A DNA stretch of 51,531 bases from Pseudomonas sp. (GTDB lineage: Bacteria > Pseudomonadota > Gammaproteobacteria > Pseudomonadales > Pseudomonadaceae), in NCBI GenBank assembly GCA_036561825.1, contig DATCUN010000261.1, positions 1 to 51,531 of the forward strand, written 5' to 3'. Shown here one piece after another: positions 10,039-20,850 of the stretch. The position numbers were made by a program, and so were the translations under genes. Below the pieces are notes generated by a model, which did not search any database, was not told where the DNA came from, and worked only from the letters and a program-made list of their open reading frames with translations. Every line of letters starts with the position of its first letter. Within the stretch, counting starts at the first letter, position 1.

Positions 10039-11136
10039 ATGATGCTGAATGATTCCCGCAGCTGGCTGGGGCTGGCGGCCCTGGTGCTGCTCGGCTGGCT
10101 GGTCCACCAGCTGCAGCCGGTACTGATGCCGTTCCTGGTGGCCCTGCTGCTGGCCTATCTCGGCGATCCGCTGGTCGATCGCCTCGAGGCGCGCGGCCTG
10201 TCGCGCACCTCGGGCGTGGTGGTGGTGTTCATCCTGTTCAGCCTGATCCTGCTGGCCCTGCTGCTGGTGCTGGTGCCGCTGCTCGGCAAGCAGCTGGTGC
10301 GGCTGTACGAGCTGGCGCCGGAGATGCTCGACTGGCTGCAGGGGACTGCGCTGCCCTGGGTGCAGAAGAAGCTGGGCCTGCGCTACGCCTTCTGGCGTTT
10401 CGACCGGATCAAGACGCTGCTCGCCGAACATCTGGGCCAGGCCACCGATATCGCCGGTATCCTGCTGGCCCAGGTCACCTCGTCGAGCCTGGCGCTGCTG
10501 GCCTGGCTGGGCAACCTGCTGCTGATCCCGGTGGTGAGCTTCTACCTGCTGCGCGACTGGGACGTGATGATGGGCCATCTGCGCAACCTGCTGCCGCGCA
10601 AGCGCGAGGAGTGGGTGGTGCGCCTGGCCGGCGAGTGCCACGAGGTACTGGGTGCCTTCCTGCGCGGCCAGCTGCTGGTGATGCTGGCGCTGGCGCTGGT
10701 CTATGCCGGCGGGCTGATGCTGGTCGGCCTTGAGCTGGGCCTGCTGATCGGCCTGCTCGCCGGACTGGCCAGCATCGTGCCGTACATGGGCTTCGTGGTC
10801 GGTATCGTCGCTGCGCTGGTCGCGGTACTGTTCCAGTTCGGCCTCGACTGGTATCCGCTGCTCGGCGTGGTGGTGGTGTTCGGCATCGGTCAGCTGCTCG
10901 AGGGCATGTGGCTGACGCCGCTGCTGGTGGGTGACCGCATCGGCCTGCATCCGGTGGCGGTGATCTTCGCCATCCTGGCCGGCGGCCAGTTGTTCGGCTT
11001 CACCGGCGTGCTGCTGGCGCTGCCGGTGGCGGCGGTGATCATGGTGCTGCTGCGCCACATGCACGAGTTCTATAAACTGTCGAGACTTTACGGAGAGTCG
11101 GGTGGCGACTCGCAGGAGTCGTCGGAGTCCCCATGA
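10039..11136 (+). CDS. AI-2E (PerM) family transporter
   Basis: Multi-TM; AYLGDPLVDRL, FYLLRD, IGLHPVAVIFA. Confidence 0.9.
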   Translation: MMLNDSRSWLGLAALVLLGWLVHQLQPVLMPFLVALLLAYLGDPLVDRLEARGLSRTSGVVVVFILFSLILLALLLVLVPLLGKQLVRLYELAPEMLDWLQGTALPWVQKKLGLRYAFWRFDRIKTLLAEHLGQATDIAGILLAQVTSSSLALLAWLGNLLLIPVVSFYLLRDWDVMMGHLRNLLPRKREEWVVRLAGECHEVLGAFLRGQLLVMLALALVYAGGLMLVGLELGLLIGLLAGLASIVPYMGFVVGIVAALVAVLFQFGLDWYPLLGVVVVFGIGQLLEGMWLTPLLVGDRIGLHPVAVIFAILAGGQLFGFTGVLLALPVAAVIMVLLRHMHEFYKLSRLYGESGGDSQESSESP

Positions 11137-11837
11137 AACCCATCCAGCTGCCTCTGGGCGTGCGTCTGCGTGATGACGCCACCTTCGCCAACTACTATCC
11201 CGGGGCCAACGCGGCCGCGCTGGGCTATGTCGAGCGCATGTGCGAAACCGACGTCGGCTGGGCGGAAAACCTGATCTACCTGTGGGGCGCCGAAGGCGTC
11301 GGCCGCAGTCATCTGCTGCAGGCAGCCTGCCTGCGCATGGAGCAGTTCGGCGGGCGCGCGGTGTACCTGCCGCTGGATACGGTGGCGATGTACGGGACGC
11401 AGCTGCTCGACAACCTCGAGCAGTGCGATCTGGTATGCATCGACGAGGTGGATCTGGTCGCCGGCCACCCGACCTGGGAGGAGGCGCTGTTCCACCTGTT
11501 CAACCGCCTGCGCGATGCCGGCCGGCGCCTGCTGCTGTCGGCCTCGGCGCCGCCGCGGGAAGTGCCGATCAAGCTGCCCGACCTCAAGTCGCGGCTAACC
11601 CTGGCGCTGGTGTTCCAGCTGCACGGCCTGTCCGACGAGGACAAGCTGCGCGCCCTGCAATTGCGCGCCTCGCGCCGCGGCCTGCACCTGACCGACGAGG
11701 TCGGCCGCTTCATCCTCACCCGCGGCTCGCGCAGCATGAACTCGCTGTTCGACCTGCTGGAGCAGCTCGACAACGCCTCGCTGCAGGCGCAGCGCAAGCT
11801 GACCATTCCCTTCCTGAAAGAAACCCTGGGCTGGTGA
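11133..11837 (+). CDS. hda: DnaA regulatory inactivator Hda
   Basis: QLPL clamp-binding motif, WGAEGVGRSHLL, LPDLKSRL. Confidence 0.95.
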   Translation: MKPIQLPLGVRLRDDATFANYYPGANAAALGYVERMCETDVGWAENLIYLWGAEGVGRSHLLQAACLRMEQFGGRAVYLPLDTVAMYGTQLLDNLEQCDLVCIDEVDLVAGHPTWEEALFHLFNRLRDAGRRLLLSASAPPREVPIKLPDLKSRLTLALVFQLHGLSDEDKLRALQLRASRRGLHLTDEVGRFILTRGSRSMNSLFDLLEQLDNASLQAQRKLTIPFLKETLGW

Positions 11838-11843
11838 GGCTGG

Positions 11844-11958
11844 CGTAGGGTGGCTCAGGCCGCAGGCCGTAACCCACCGATCGATCGTCAGGCTGGCCAT
11901 TGCGATGCTGGCGGCATCGGTGGTGGGTTACGCCGCGTTGCGGCTAACCCACCCCACG
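11844..11958. repeat. GTAG-family REP doublet (REPIN)
   Basis: GTAGGGTGGCTCAGGCCGCAGGCCGTAACCCACC and inverted partner GGTGGGTTACGCCGCGTTGCGGCTAACCCACCCCAC, between convergent genes. Confidence 0.8.
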
Positions 11959-11960
11959 CA

Positions 11961-12368
11961 TCACTCCCCCGCCAGCTTGCGGTCGTACTGGAAGCGCCAG
12001 CGGGTGTAGAGCAGGGCGCTGCAGAACAGGGTCAGACTCAGGCCGGCTTCCAGCCAGCCAAACAGCGCGCGGTCGGGCTGGAAGGCGGCGACCACGCCCT
12101 GGATGAAGTACAGGTTGAGCACGTAGCAGGTCCAGGCATGCACCCGCGCGTTGCCCGTCAGCATGCCCGGCGCCAGGATCGCCAGTGGCACCAGGTGCAC
12201 GCCGAGGATCACCCAGGGGCGGGCACCGTGCAGGTCCTCCAGCAGCAGGTACCAGACGCCGAGCAGCACCACCAGGGCCACGAACAGCGCCAGGCTGAGC
12301 CAGCGCGCCAGGCGTACGCGCGGTTCCAGCCAGTCCAGCGCCGGCAGTGGTTTGTTCTTCTTGGCCAT
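11961..12368 (-). CDS. DUF2069 family membrane protein
   Basis: MAKKNKPLPALDWL start; several TM segments; HAWTCYVLNLYF; follows wrbA. Confidence 0.75.
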   Translation of the reverse strand: MAKKNKPLPALDWLEPRVRLARWLSLALFVALVVLLGVWYLLLEDLHGARPWVILGVHLVPLAILAPGMLTGNARVHAWTCYVLNLYFIQGVVAAFQPDRALFGWLEAGLSLTLFCSALLYTRWRFQYDRKLAGE

Positions 12369-12369
12369 C

Positions 12370-13407
<1,038 letters not shown>

Positions 13408-13426
13408 TCAGTCACAAGGAGAGTCG

Positions 13427-14665
13427 ATGAATCGTCATCTGTACCACCTGTGGTGTTTCGTCGAGCGGCTGATCCGCCGTTTCTTCGCCGATCGCGGGCT
13501 GCAGAGCGCGGCGGCGCTGACCTACACCACGCTGTTCGCGGTGGTGCCGATGCTGACCGTGACCTTCGTCATGCTCGCTGCGGTGCCGGCCTTCCGCGAT
13601 CTGGGCGAGCCGATCCAGGCCTTCATCTTCCGCAATTTCGTGCCCTCGGCGGGCGAGCAGGTGCAGCAGTACCTGGGCGGCTTCATCAGCCAGGCGCGCC
13701 AGCTGACCTGGATCGGGGTCGCCGTGCTGGTGGTCAGCGCGCTGCTGACCCTGAGCACCATCGAGGGCGCCTTCAACCATATCTGGCGGGTCCGGCGGGC
13801 GCGGCGCGGGGTGTCGAGCTTCCTGCTGTACTGGGCGATCCTCAGCCTTGGCCCGCTGCTGCTGGGTGCCGGTTTTGCCGCCAGCACCTATGTCACCTCG
13901 CTCGAGCTGCTGTCCGGCCCGCACGCGCTGCCGGGGGCGGCGACCCTGCTCGGACTGATGCCGCTGCTGACTGGCATCGCCGCCTTCACCCTGCTGTATG
14001 CCGCCGTGCCCAATACCCAGGTGTCCGGCCGCCATGCACTGCTCGGCGGCTGCTTCAGTGCCCTGCTGTTCGAGGCCGCCAAGGCGCTGTTCGCCCTGTA
14101 TGTCAGCCTGTTCCCCTCCTACCAGCTGATCTATGGCGCCTTTGCCGCGGTGCCGCTGTTCCTGCTGTGGATCTACCTGGGCTGGCTGATCGTGCTGCTC
14201 GGCGCCGAGCTGGTCTGCCATCTCGGCGATCCGGGCAGCTGGCGCGGTGTGGCGCGCCCGCCGTTGCTGAACCTGCTGGGACTGCTGGGGCAGCTGTTCG
14301 CTCGTCAGCAGGGTGGCCGTTCGCTGTCGCGTGCCGCGCTGGCGCGGGATGGCTGGGCGTTGAGCGAGGAGGAGTGGCTGGAGCTGATCGGCTTTCTCGA
14401 GCGCGAGCGCCTGGTGAGCGCCACCAGCAATGGCGACTGGGTGCTGTGTCGCGACCTGTCGCAGCTGTCGCTGGCCTGGTTGGTGGAGCGTTCGCCGTGG
14501 CGGCTGCCGGCGCTGGCCGCCCTGCCGGAGCACTTGCCGGCGGGGCTGGACGCGCCCTGGTATCCGCGTCTGCGCGCCGCCGTGCAGGCGCTGGAGCAGG
14601 CACGTGCCGAGGCGCTGGGCGGCAGCCTGGCCGAGTGGCTGGGCGAAGCCCGCGGCCGCCGTTGA
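13427..14665 (+). CDS. YihY/BrkB family inner membrane protein
   Basis: [38 protein letters not shown]; ATG after AAGGAG. Confidence 0.9.
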   Translation: MNRHLYHLWCFVERLIRRFFADRGLQSAAALTYTTLFAVVPMLTVTFVMLAAVPAFRDLGEPIQAFIFRNFVPSAGEQVQQYLGGFISQARQLTWIGVAVLVVSALLTLSTIEGAFNHIWRVRRARRGVSSFLLYWAILSLGPLLLGAGFAASTYVTSLELLSGPHALPGAATLLGLMPLLTGIAAFTLLYAAVPNTQVSGRHALLGGCFSALLFEAAKALFALYVSLFPSYQLIYGAFAAVPLFLLWIYLGWLIVLLGAELVCHLGDPGSWRGVARPPLLNLLGLLGQLFARQQGGRSLSRAALARDGWALSEEEWLELIGFLERERLVSATSNGDWVLCRDLSQLSLAWLVERSPWRLPALAALPEHLPAGLDAPWYPRLRAAVQALEQARAEALGGSLAEWLGEARGRR

Positions 14666-14676
14666 GGTCGCTCGGC

Positions 14677-15048
14677 TCAGGCCACGTTGCTGATCACCGG
14701 CTGCACGAAGATCTCCTCGATCTTCACGCTCTGCGGCATGAACGCACTGCGCAGGCGCAGTTCGACGCGGGACAGGCTCTGCTTCAGCGACAGGCGGGCA
14801 ACGCCGGAGAGCAGGATGCGCTGTTGCGGATCGATGCGGCCGTGGTCGACCGACACTTCACGCTCCTGGTCGCCGTCGAGGTAGCTGACCAGCAGTGACA
14901 CCGGCAGGTCGCTGAGGCCGGGCAGGTGCAGCCAGGCGGCGACTTCCAGTTCGACCAGGCGGCCATCCAGCGCGGTGCTCCGCGGCCGTGCGGCGGCCAG
15001 TTGCTGGGCGGTCAGGGCGTGGAGCAGGCGATCTTGGTTGGGCAGCAT
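14677..15048 (-). CDS. Hypothetical protein
   Basis: 123-aa ORF with GGAGG RBS; fills the gap between yihY and tlpA. Confidence 0.65.
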   Translation of the reverse strand: MLPNQDRLLHALTAQQLAAARPRSTALDGRLVELEVAAWLHLPGLSDLPVSLLVSYLDGDQEREVSVDHGRIDPQQRILLSGVARLSLKQSLSRVELRLRSAFMPQSVKIEEIFVQPVISNVA

Positions 15049-15243
15049 GCAGGCCTCCGGAAGCGGTAATTTGGCGCCAGAAATTGTACGAAGCCCGTCG
15101 GCGCGGAACTGTGGTGCAGGACCGACCGGCAGGTGACCTGTTGCGCAGTTTGCGCGGGCAGCCGCTCTGCCGCGGGATTTTGCCGGCGCCGGCGGTTTCG
15201 GCTAAGTTGCATCCAGCAACGGATGAGTGGGGGTGGGCAGGTG

Positions 15244-15717
15244 ATGCGAATTCGATGGAGCAGCGCCGTGCCGCTGCTGTGTGCGGCTCTGCTGCTAGGC
15301 GGCTGCAGCGAAGCGGACTGGGGAGCCGATCAGCACGGCCGCCCGGTCGCGGCGGCGCAGCTGGACGGCCGCTGGCTGGTGATCAACTACTGGGCCGAGT
15401 GGTGCGGTCCCTGCCGCAAGGAAGTACCCGAGCTGAACCGTCTGGCCAGCGAACTCGCTGCGCAGCCGGTCAGGGTGCTGGGGGTGAATTTCGACGGCTT
15501 GCAGGGCGAGGAGCTGCGCAAGGCGACCGCGGCGCTGGGCATCGCCTACACCAACCTGGCCAGCGATCCCGCCGCGCGGCTGGGGCTGACCAGCAGCCCG
15601 GTGTTGCCGGTGACCTGGCTGGTCGACCCGCAGGGGCGGGTGCGTGAGCAGCTGGCCGGCGAGCAGACGTCGGCAGGGCTGCAAGCGAAGTTGGCGGCGC
15701 TGCGCGCGCAACCATAG
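15244..15717 (+). CDS. TlpA family thiol:disulfide oxidoreductase lipoprotein
   Basis: Lipobox LGGC; INYWAEWCGPCRKEVP. Confidence 0.9.
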   Translation: MRIRWSSAVPLLCAALLLGGCSEADWGADQHGRPVAAAQLDGRWLVINYWAEWCGPCRKEVPELNRLASELAAQPVRVLGVNFDGLQGEELRKATAALGIAYTNLASDPAARLGLTSSPVLPVTWLVDPQGRVREQLAGEQTSAGLQAKLAALRAQP

Positions 15718-15768
15718 CGCTACGCGAACGGCCGATGTCCGCTGAGGTCCCGTCGGCCAGGCAGGCCT

Positions 15769-16722
15769 TCAGTCCTCCTGTGGGCGGTCGGCCGCGACGC
15801 GCCCGGCATCCTTGAGCAGGGCCTGGATCAGCTCCTGCTGCAGTTCCGGATCGTTGCGCGTGAGCTCGATCAGGCTCTGCTCCAGTTCGCCGGCTTCCTC
15901 TTCCAGGCCCAGTTCGGCCAGGCGCTTGACCCGATGCACCCAGTGCGCCACGTCGCCTTCTTCGAGGTCCTCGTAGATCAGCGGCTGGGCTTCCTGCAGG
16001 CGGCTGCGCAAGTCGCGGCTGACCGGCAGGGTGAGCTCGGTGCGGGTCTGGTCCTGCGGGTCTTCGACGCGCAGTTGCAGCTTGCCGAGGCGGCTTACGT
16101 CCTGTTCGGCCAGCGGGCTGTCCAGCAGGTTCAGGCGCAGGACGCCGTTGCGGTTGGTGGTCAGCTCGTAGGTCTGCTTGCCGGCGGTGACCAGCACCGG
16201 GCGCTCCGCCCAGGGGAGGCTGGAGGTTTCCAGGCGGGTTTCGCCCTGTTGCTCGTCCAGTGCGGCCAGGCTCTGCTGGGCGCGGCCGTTGGACTCGGCG
16301 TTCATGAACGGGTTGAGGCCGGCGAAGCCGTAGCTGATCCACTCGCGGGTGGCGGTTTCCGGCAGGCTGCCGAGCAGGGGCACGTTGAGCACGTTGGCAC
16401 CGACCCCGGCGAGCACCGCCACCACACCCAGCGGGATCTCGTAGAGTTCGCGCCAGGGCTGGTAGGGCGTATAGCGCTGGTAGCGGCGGGTCACCTCGTA
16501 AGGGGTGGCCTCGAAGGTCTTCTGCTCCAGGACGCGCACATGGCGTTGCGGCAGTTCGAGTACCGGCGGTGTGCCGGCGTCGACCTGCAGGCTGTGCTCG
16601 AGCAGCTTGCGCTCGACCCGCTCCTCGAGTTCGCTGCGTTGCGGCAGCTGGTTGGCACAGCCGGTGAGGAACACGGCGCCGCACAAGGTGGCGCCGGCAA
16701 AGCGATGGCAGCGTCTGGGCAT
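15769..16722 (-). CDS. Conserved hypothetical lipoprotein
   Basis: Lipobox LTGC; RYTPYQPWRELYEIP; immediately downstream of proS. Confidence 0.75.
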   Translation of the reverse strand: MPRRCHRFAGATLCGAVFLTGCANQLPQRSELEERVERKLLEHSLQVDAGTPPVLELPQRHVRVLEQKTFEATPYEVTRRYQRYTPYQPWRELYEIPLGVVAVLAGVGANVLNVPLLGSLPETATREWISYGFAGLNPFMNAESNGRAQQSLAALDEQQGETRLETSSLPWAERPVLVTAGKQTYELTTNRNGVLRLNLLDSPLAEQDVSRLGKLQLRVEDPQDQTRTELTLPVSRDLRSRLQEAQPLIYEDLEEGDVAHWVHRVKRLAELGLEEEAGELEQSLIELTRNDPELQQELIQALLKDAGRVAADRPQED

Positions 16723-16730
16723 GATCTCTT

Positions 16731-18452
16731 TTAACGGTTGATGCGGGCGGCGAGGAAGGCCTGCAGCTCGGCAAGCGGCACGCTCTGTGCTTCGCTGTCG
16801 CGGCGGCCCTTGTATTCCAGAACCGACTCGGCCAGACCGCGCTCGCTGACCACGATGCGGTGCGGAATGCCGAGCAGTTCCATGTCGGCAAATTTGACGC
16901 CCGGACTGGTCTTCTTGTCACGGTCGTCGAACAGGACTTCGTAGCCGGCAGCGCTCAGCTCGGCGTACAGGCGGTCGGCGGCTTCCTTGACCGCGGCATT
17001 TTCGTACTTCATCGGCACGATGGCGATCTGGAACGGTGCCAGCGCCTCCGGCCAGAGGATGCCGCGCTCGTCCCAGTTCTGTTCGATGGCGGCGGCGACC
17101 ACGCGGGACACGCCGATGCCGTAGCAGCCCATAGTCAGGGTGACCGGCTTGCCGATCTCGTTGAGCACGGTCAGCTTGAGGGCCTCGCTGTACTTGGTGC
17201 CGAGCTGGAAGATGTGGCCGACCTCGATGCCGCGCTTGATCACCAGGGTGCCCTGGCCGTCCGGGCTCGGGTCGCCCTCGACCACGTTGCGCAGGTCGGC
17301 GACTTCCGGCAGCGGCAGGTCGCGTTCCCAGTTGAGGCCGAAGTAGTGCTTGCCGTCCTGGTTGGCGCCGGCGGCGAAGTCGCTCACTAGGGCCACCGAG
17401 CGGTCGACGACGCAAGGAATGTTCAGGTTCAGCGGGCCGAGCGAGCCGGCGCCGGCGCCGGCGCCGATGGCGGCGCGGATCTCGGCTTCGGAGGCCATCA
17501 CCAGCGGGCTGGCGACCTGGGCCAGGTTGGCGGCCTTGATCTCGTTGAGCTCGTGGTCGCCGCGCACCAGCAGGGCGACCAGGGTGCCTTCCTCGGCGCC
17601 GCGCACCACCAGGGTCTTGACGGTCTTGGCGATGGCCACGCCGAACTGGGCGACCAGCTCGTCGATGGTCTTGGCGTCCGGGGTGTCGACCAGGCGCAGT
17701 TCCTCGCTCGCTGCAGCGCGCGCGGTCTCGCGCGGGATGGCCTCGGCCTTCTCGATGTTGGCGGCGTAGTCGGAGCTGTCGCTGAAGGCGATGTCGTCTT
17801 CACCGGACTCGGCGAGCACGTGGAACTCGTGGGAGCCGGTACCGCCGATGGAGCCGGTATCGGCCTGTACCGGGCGGAAGTTCAGGCCCAGGCGGGTGAA
17901 CACGTTGCAGTACGCCTGGTGCATGCGGTCGTAGGTTTCCTGCAGCGATTCCTGGTTGAGGTGGAAGGAGTAGGCATCCTTCATCAGGAATTCGCGGCCG
18001 CGCATCAGGCCGAAGCGCGGGCGGATCTCGTCGCGGAACTTGGTCTGGATCTGGAAGAAGTTGATCGGCAGCTGCTTGTAGCTGTTCAGCTCGTTGCGCG
18101 CCAGGTCGGTGATCACTTCCTCGTGGGTCGGGCCGACGCAGAACTCGCGGCCGTGGCGGTCCTTGATGCGCAGCAGCTCGGGGCCGTACTGCTCCCAGCG
18201 CCCGGATTCCTGCCACAGCTCGGCCGGCTGAATGGCCGGCATCAGCACCTCGAGGGCGCCGGCGGCGTTCATTTCCTCGCGCACGATGTTCTCCACCTTG
18301 CGCAGCACGCGCAGGCCCATCGGCAGCCAGGTGTACAGGCCGGAGGCCAGCTTGCGGATCATCCCGGCGCGCAGCAGCAGCTGGTGGCTGATCACCACGG
18401 CGTCGGTGGGGGTTTCTTTGAGGGTCGAGATCAGATACTGGCTGGTGCGCAT
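16731..18452 (-). CDS. proS: Proline--tRNA ligase
   Basis: MRTSQ start, [35 protein letters not shown]; YbaK-like editing insert. Confidence 0.98.
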   Translation of the reverse strand: MRTSQYLISTLKETPTDAVVISHQLLLRAGMIRKLASGLYTWLPMGLRVLRKVENIVREEMNAAGALEVLMPAIQPAELWQESGRWEQYGPELLRIKDRHGREFCVGPTHEEVITDLARNELNSYKQLPINFFQIQTKFRDEIRPRFGLMRGREFLMKDAYSFHLNQESLQETYDRMHQAYCNVFTRLGLNFRPVQADTGSIGGTGSHEFHVLAESGEDDIAFSDSSDYAANIEKAEAIPRETARAAASEELRLVDTPDAKTIDELVAQFGVAIAKTVKTLVVRGAEEGTLVALLVRGDHELNEIKAANLAQVASPLVMASEAEIRAAIGAGAGAGSLGPLNLNIPCVVDRSVALVSDFAAGANQDGKHYFGLNWERDLPLPEVADLRNVVEGDPSPDGQGTLVIKRGIEVGHIFQLGTKYSEALKLTVLNEIGKPVTLTMGCYGIGVSRVVAAAIEQNWDERGILWPEALAPFQIAIVPMKYENAAVKEAADRLYAELSAAGYEVLFDDRDKKTSPGVKFADMELLGIPHRIVVSERGLAESVLEYKGRRDSEAQSVPLAELQAFLAARINR

Positions 18453-18563
18453 GGGTGGGGCAATCCGGTTTCGCGAGGCGGAAAAATGCTCGCATTGTAC
18501 GGCGCGGGTTTGGTGGCGTACAGGGTGGCCGGCCGCGTCGGGCGAGGCGGACGGATAGCGCAA

Positions 18564-18598
18564 AGCAGCAGCCCGGCACAGGGCCGGGCTGCTGCTGG
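18564..18598 (-). terminator. Hairpin terminator of oprD
   Basis: Perfect 14-bp stem AGCAGCAGCCCGGC-ACAGG-GCCGGGCTGCTGCT, followed by a short T run on the minus strand. Confidence 0.75.
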
Positions 18599-18616
18599 TT
18601 GCGATGGGGGCGCGCG

Positions 18617-19921
18617 TTACAGGATGCTCAGCGGGTACTCGACGATCAGCCGGGTTTCGTTCTGGTCGACGTCATAGTCGGCGTTGTAGGCGCTGTTGGC
18701 GCGCCAGACGGCATGCCGCACGGTGAAGCTCAGGTCCTTGGCGACGCCGTCCTGGATCACGTAGGCGGTTTCGAAGTTCCACTCGTGCTCCTGGCCTTCC
18801 TCGCCGGCGGCGGTGCTGATCTGGTCGCCGGTGACATAGCGGGTCATGAAGCTCAGCCCCGGAACGCCATAGCCGGCCATGTCCAGGTCGTAGCGCGCCT
18901 GCCAGGAGCGCTCGTCTTCGCCGACGAAGTCGGAGAACTGCACCGAGTTGCCGAGGTACACCGCGCCACCGCCATCGACACCGTAGTAGTAGCCGGTATC
19001 GCCGCTGGAGCGCTGATGGCCGAGGGTGAAGGTGTGCGTGCCGAGGGTATAGGCGGCGGCCAGGCTCCAGATGGTGTTGTCGGCGTCGCTGGCGTCGCGA
19101 TTGTCGAAGCGGGTCTTGTAGATGTTGAAGTCGAAGTTCAGTGACTGCTCTTCGGCCAGCGGCAGGGTGTAGTTGGCGTTGGCGTAGTGCTTCTTGAAGC
19201 CGCGGACATCGCTGCCGCCCACCTCGACGTCGGAGAAGTAGTAGGCCACGTTCAGCTCGTCGCTGACGGCATAGCTGGCGCCGAGCAGGTCGAGGGATTG
19301 CAGCTTGCCGACATCGTCCTCGTAGCTGTCGTGGTGCATCTGATTCTGTGCGGTCAGCGCAGTGAAGTGGCCGGCATTCAGTTCGAGACCTTCGATCTCG
19401 CGGCTGGTCGCCAGGAAGCCCTCGACGCTTTCCGGCAGCAGGCGGCTGTCGTCGGTGGACAGCACCGGCAGGTCGACGAACTGCTCGCCGTATTTCAGGG
19501 TGGTGCTGGAGATGCGTGCCTTCACTGCCGCGCCGGCGCGGGAAAAGGTGTCCTCGGAGCGGCCGTCGCTGCCGGGCTGCATGTCGAGCGCACCGGCGCG
19601 GCCCTTGCCGCTGTCCAGCTTGACGCCGGCCAGGCCGAAGGCGTCGACGCCGAAGCCGACGGTGCCCTGGGTGAAACCGGATTCGTAGATGGCATGGAAG
19701 CCGAGGCCGGTTTCTTCGGCATAGCCCGCCGGATTAACAGATTCGCTGCTGCCATTGCTGGCACCGTGGCGGGAGTCGATGTTCATGTACATCGCGCGGC
19801 TCAATACGGACAGGCTACTGTCCTCGACCAGGCCCTGGGCTTCGGACTGCTGGCTGGCCAGGGCCAGCTGGGTGCTGCCGGCGGCCACGGCGAGGGCGAT
19901 GAGGTTCCATTTCATGGGCAT
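18617..19921 (-). CDS. oprD: OprD family outer membrane porin
   Basis: Signal peptide; [44 protein letters not shown] end; next to proS. Confidence 0.9.
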   Translation of the reverse strand: MPMKWNLIALAVAAGSTQLALASQQSEAQGLVEDSSLSVLSRAMYMNIDSRHGASNGSSESVNPAGYAEETGLGFHAIYESGFTQGTVGFGVDAFGLAGVKLDSGKGRAGALDMQPGSDGRSEDTFSRAGAAVKARISSTTLKYGEQFVDLPVLSTDDSRLLPESVEGFLATSREIEGLELNAGHFTALTAQNQMHHDSYEDDVGKLQSLDLLGASYAVSDELNVAYYFSDVEVGGSDVRGFKKHYANANYTLPLAEEQSLNFDFNIYKTRFDNRDASDADNTIWSLAAAYTLGTHTFTLGHQRSSGDTGYYYGVDGGGAVYLGNSVQFSDFVGEDERSWQARYDLDMAGYGVPGLSFMTRYVTGDQISTAAGEEGQEHEWNFETAYVIQDGVAKDLSFTVRHAVWRANSAYNADYDVDQNETRLIVEYPLSIL

Positions 19922-20088
19922 GGGGACTCCAGTAGGTAAGGTTGCGCTGTCCTGTGGGGCAATCTAGTCGAGCGCATCATTATTGTCATTGGTATGTAAC
20001 TTTATAACATGTCGGTTGGGGTGTGAAAGCCCCGACAGCGAACGGCGTCCGGTGCCGGGGCGCCTGCCTGCGCCGGCGCTTGTCCGTG

Positions 20089-20105
20089 CTTAATATTCGG
20101 TTAAG
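20089..20105 (+). promoter_or_regulatory. PmrA/QseB/BqsR-type direct-repeat box
   Basis: CTTAAT-ATTCG-GTTAAG (TTAAK-N6-TTAAG), 46 bp upstream of the ATG at 20152. Confidence 0.65.
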
Positions 20106-20151
20106 TCTACCAGTCCACAGTTTCGACCATACCCTGCACAGGAGGCCTGTT

Positions 20152-20850
20152 ATGCCGCTACTTAGGGATGGCCAAAACGATTTTCTAGCCACGGTCGGCA
20201 AAGATGCCGAACTGGCGCTGCACATGGCGCTGCCGGAGTCGGACGCCGACCGTCGCCAGCAACTGGAACACTTCATCGGCGACCGCTTCGCTGCGCATTA
20301 CGGGGCGCGGGTGCGCCACTTCATGCCCTGCCTGCTGGGACTCTACGACGCCGAACAGCAGTTGCAGGCCGCTCTTGGCGTGCGCTGCGGGCAGCAAGGG
20401 CCGCTGTTTCTCGAGCGCTATCTGGATGTGCCGGTCGAGCAGCGCATCGCTGAGCTCAGCGGTGGCAGCCAGCCCTTGCGTGGCCAGATCGCCGAGGTCG
20501 GCAACCTGGCCTCGCTGGCCGCAGGGCATGCACGGCTGATGATCGTGGCGCTGACCGACCAACTGGCGACCGCGGGGTTCCGCTGGGTGGCCTTCACCGG
20601 CACGCTGCTGCTGCTCAACAGCTTCCAGCGCTTGGGCCTGAACCTGTTGCACCTGGGCCCGGCCGACGGTGCGCGCATGGGCGACGAGCTGGGCGACTGG
20701 GGCAGCTATTACGCCACCAACCCGCAGGTGATGGTTGGCGACGTGCGGGCCTGCCATCAGCGCCTGCAGAGCATGGGCATCTATCGGCGGCTGGGTTACC
20801 AGTCGCATCGCCCGCTGGACGGGGAGTTCGCCCATGTCGCCTGCGGTTGA
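20152..20850 (+). CDS. 'Thermostable hemolysin' (delta-VPH) family protein, probably acyltransferase-like
   Basis: ATG after AGGAGG; FIGDRFAAHYGA, LFLERYLD, EVGNLAS, WGSYYATNPQV. Confidence 0.85.
   Translation: MPLLRDGQNDFLATVGKDAELALHMALPESDADRRQQLEHFIGDRFAAHYGARVRHFMPCLLGLYDAEQQLQAALGVRCGQQGPLFLERYLDVPVEQRIAELSGGSQPLRGQIAEVGNLASLAAGHARLMIVALTDQLATAGFRWVAFTGTLLLLNSFQRLGLNLLHLGPADGARMGDELGDWGSYYATNPQVMVGDVRACHQRLQSMGIYRRLGYQSHRPLDGEFAHVACG

Noticed and set aside
20152-20850. Reading the thermostable hemolysin as a secreted toxin
   Set aside because: No signal peptide or secretion genes, and it is coupled to metabolic enzymes; the family name alone is not evidence of toxicity
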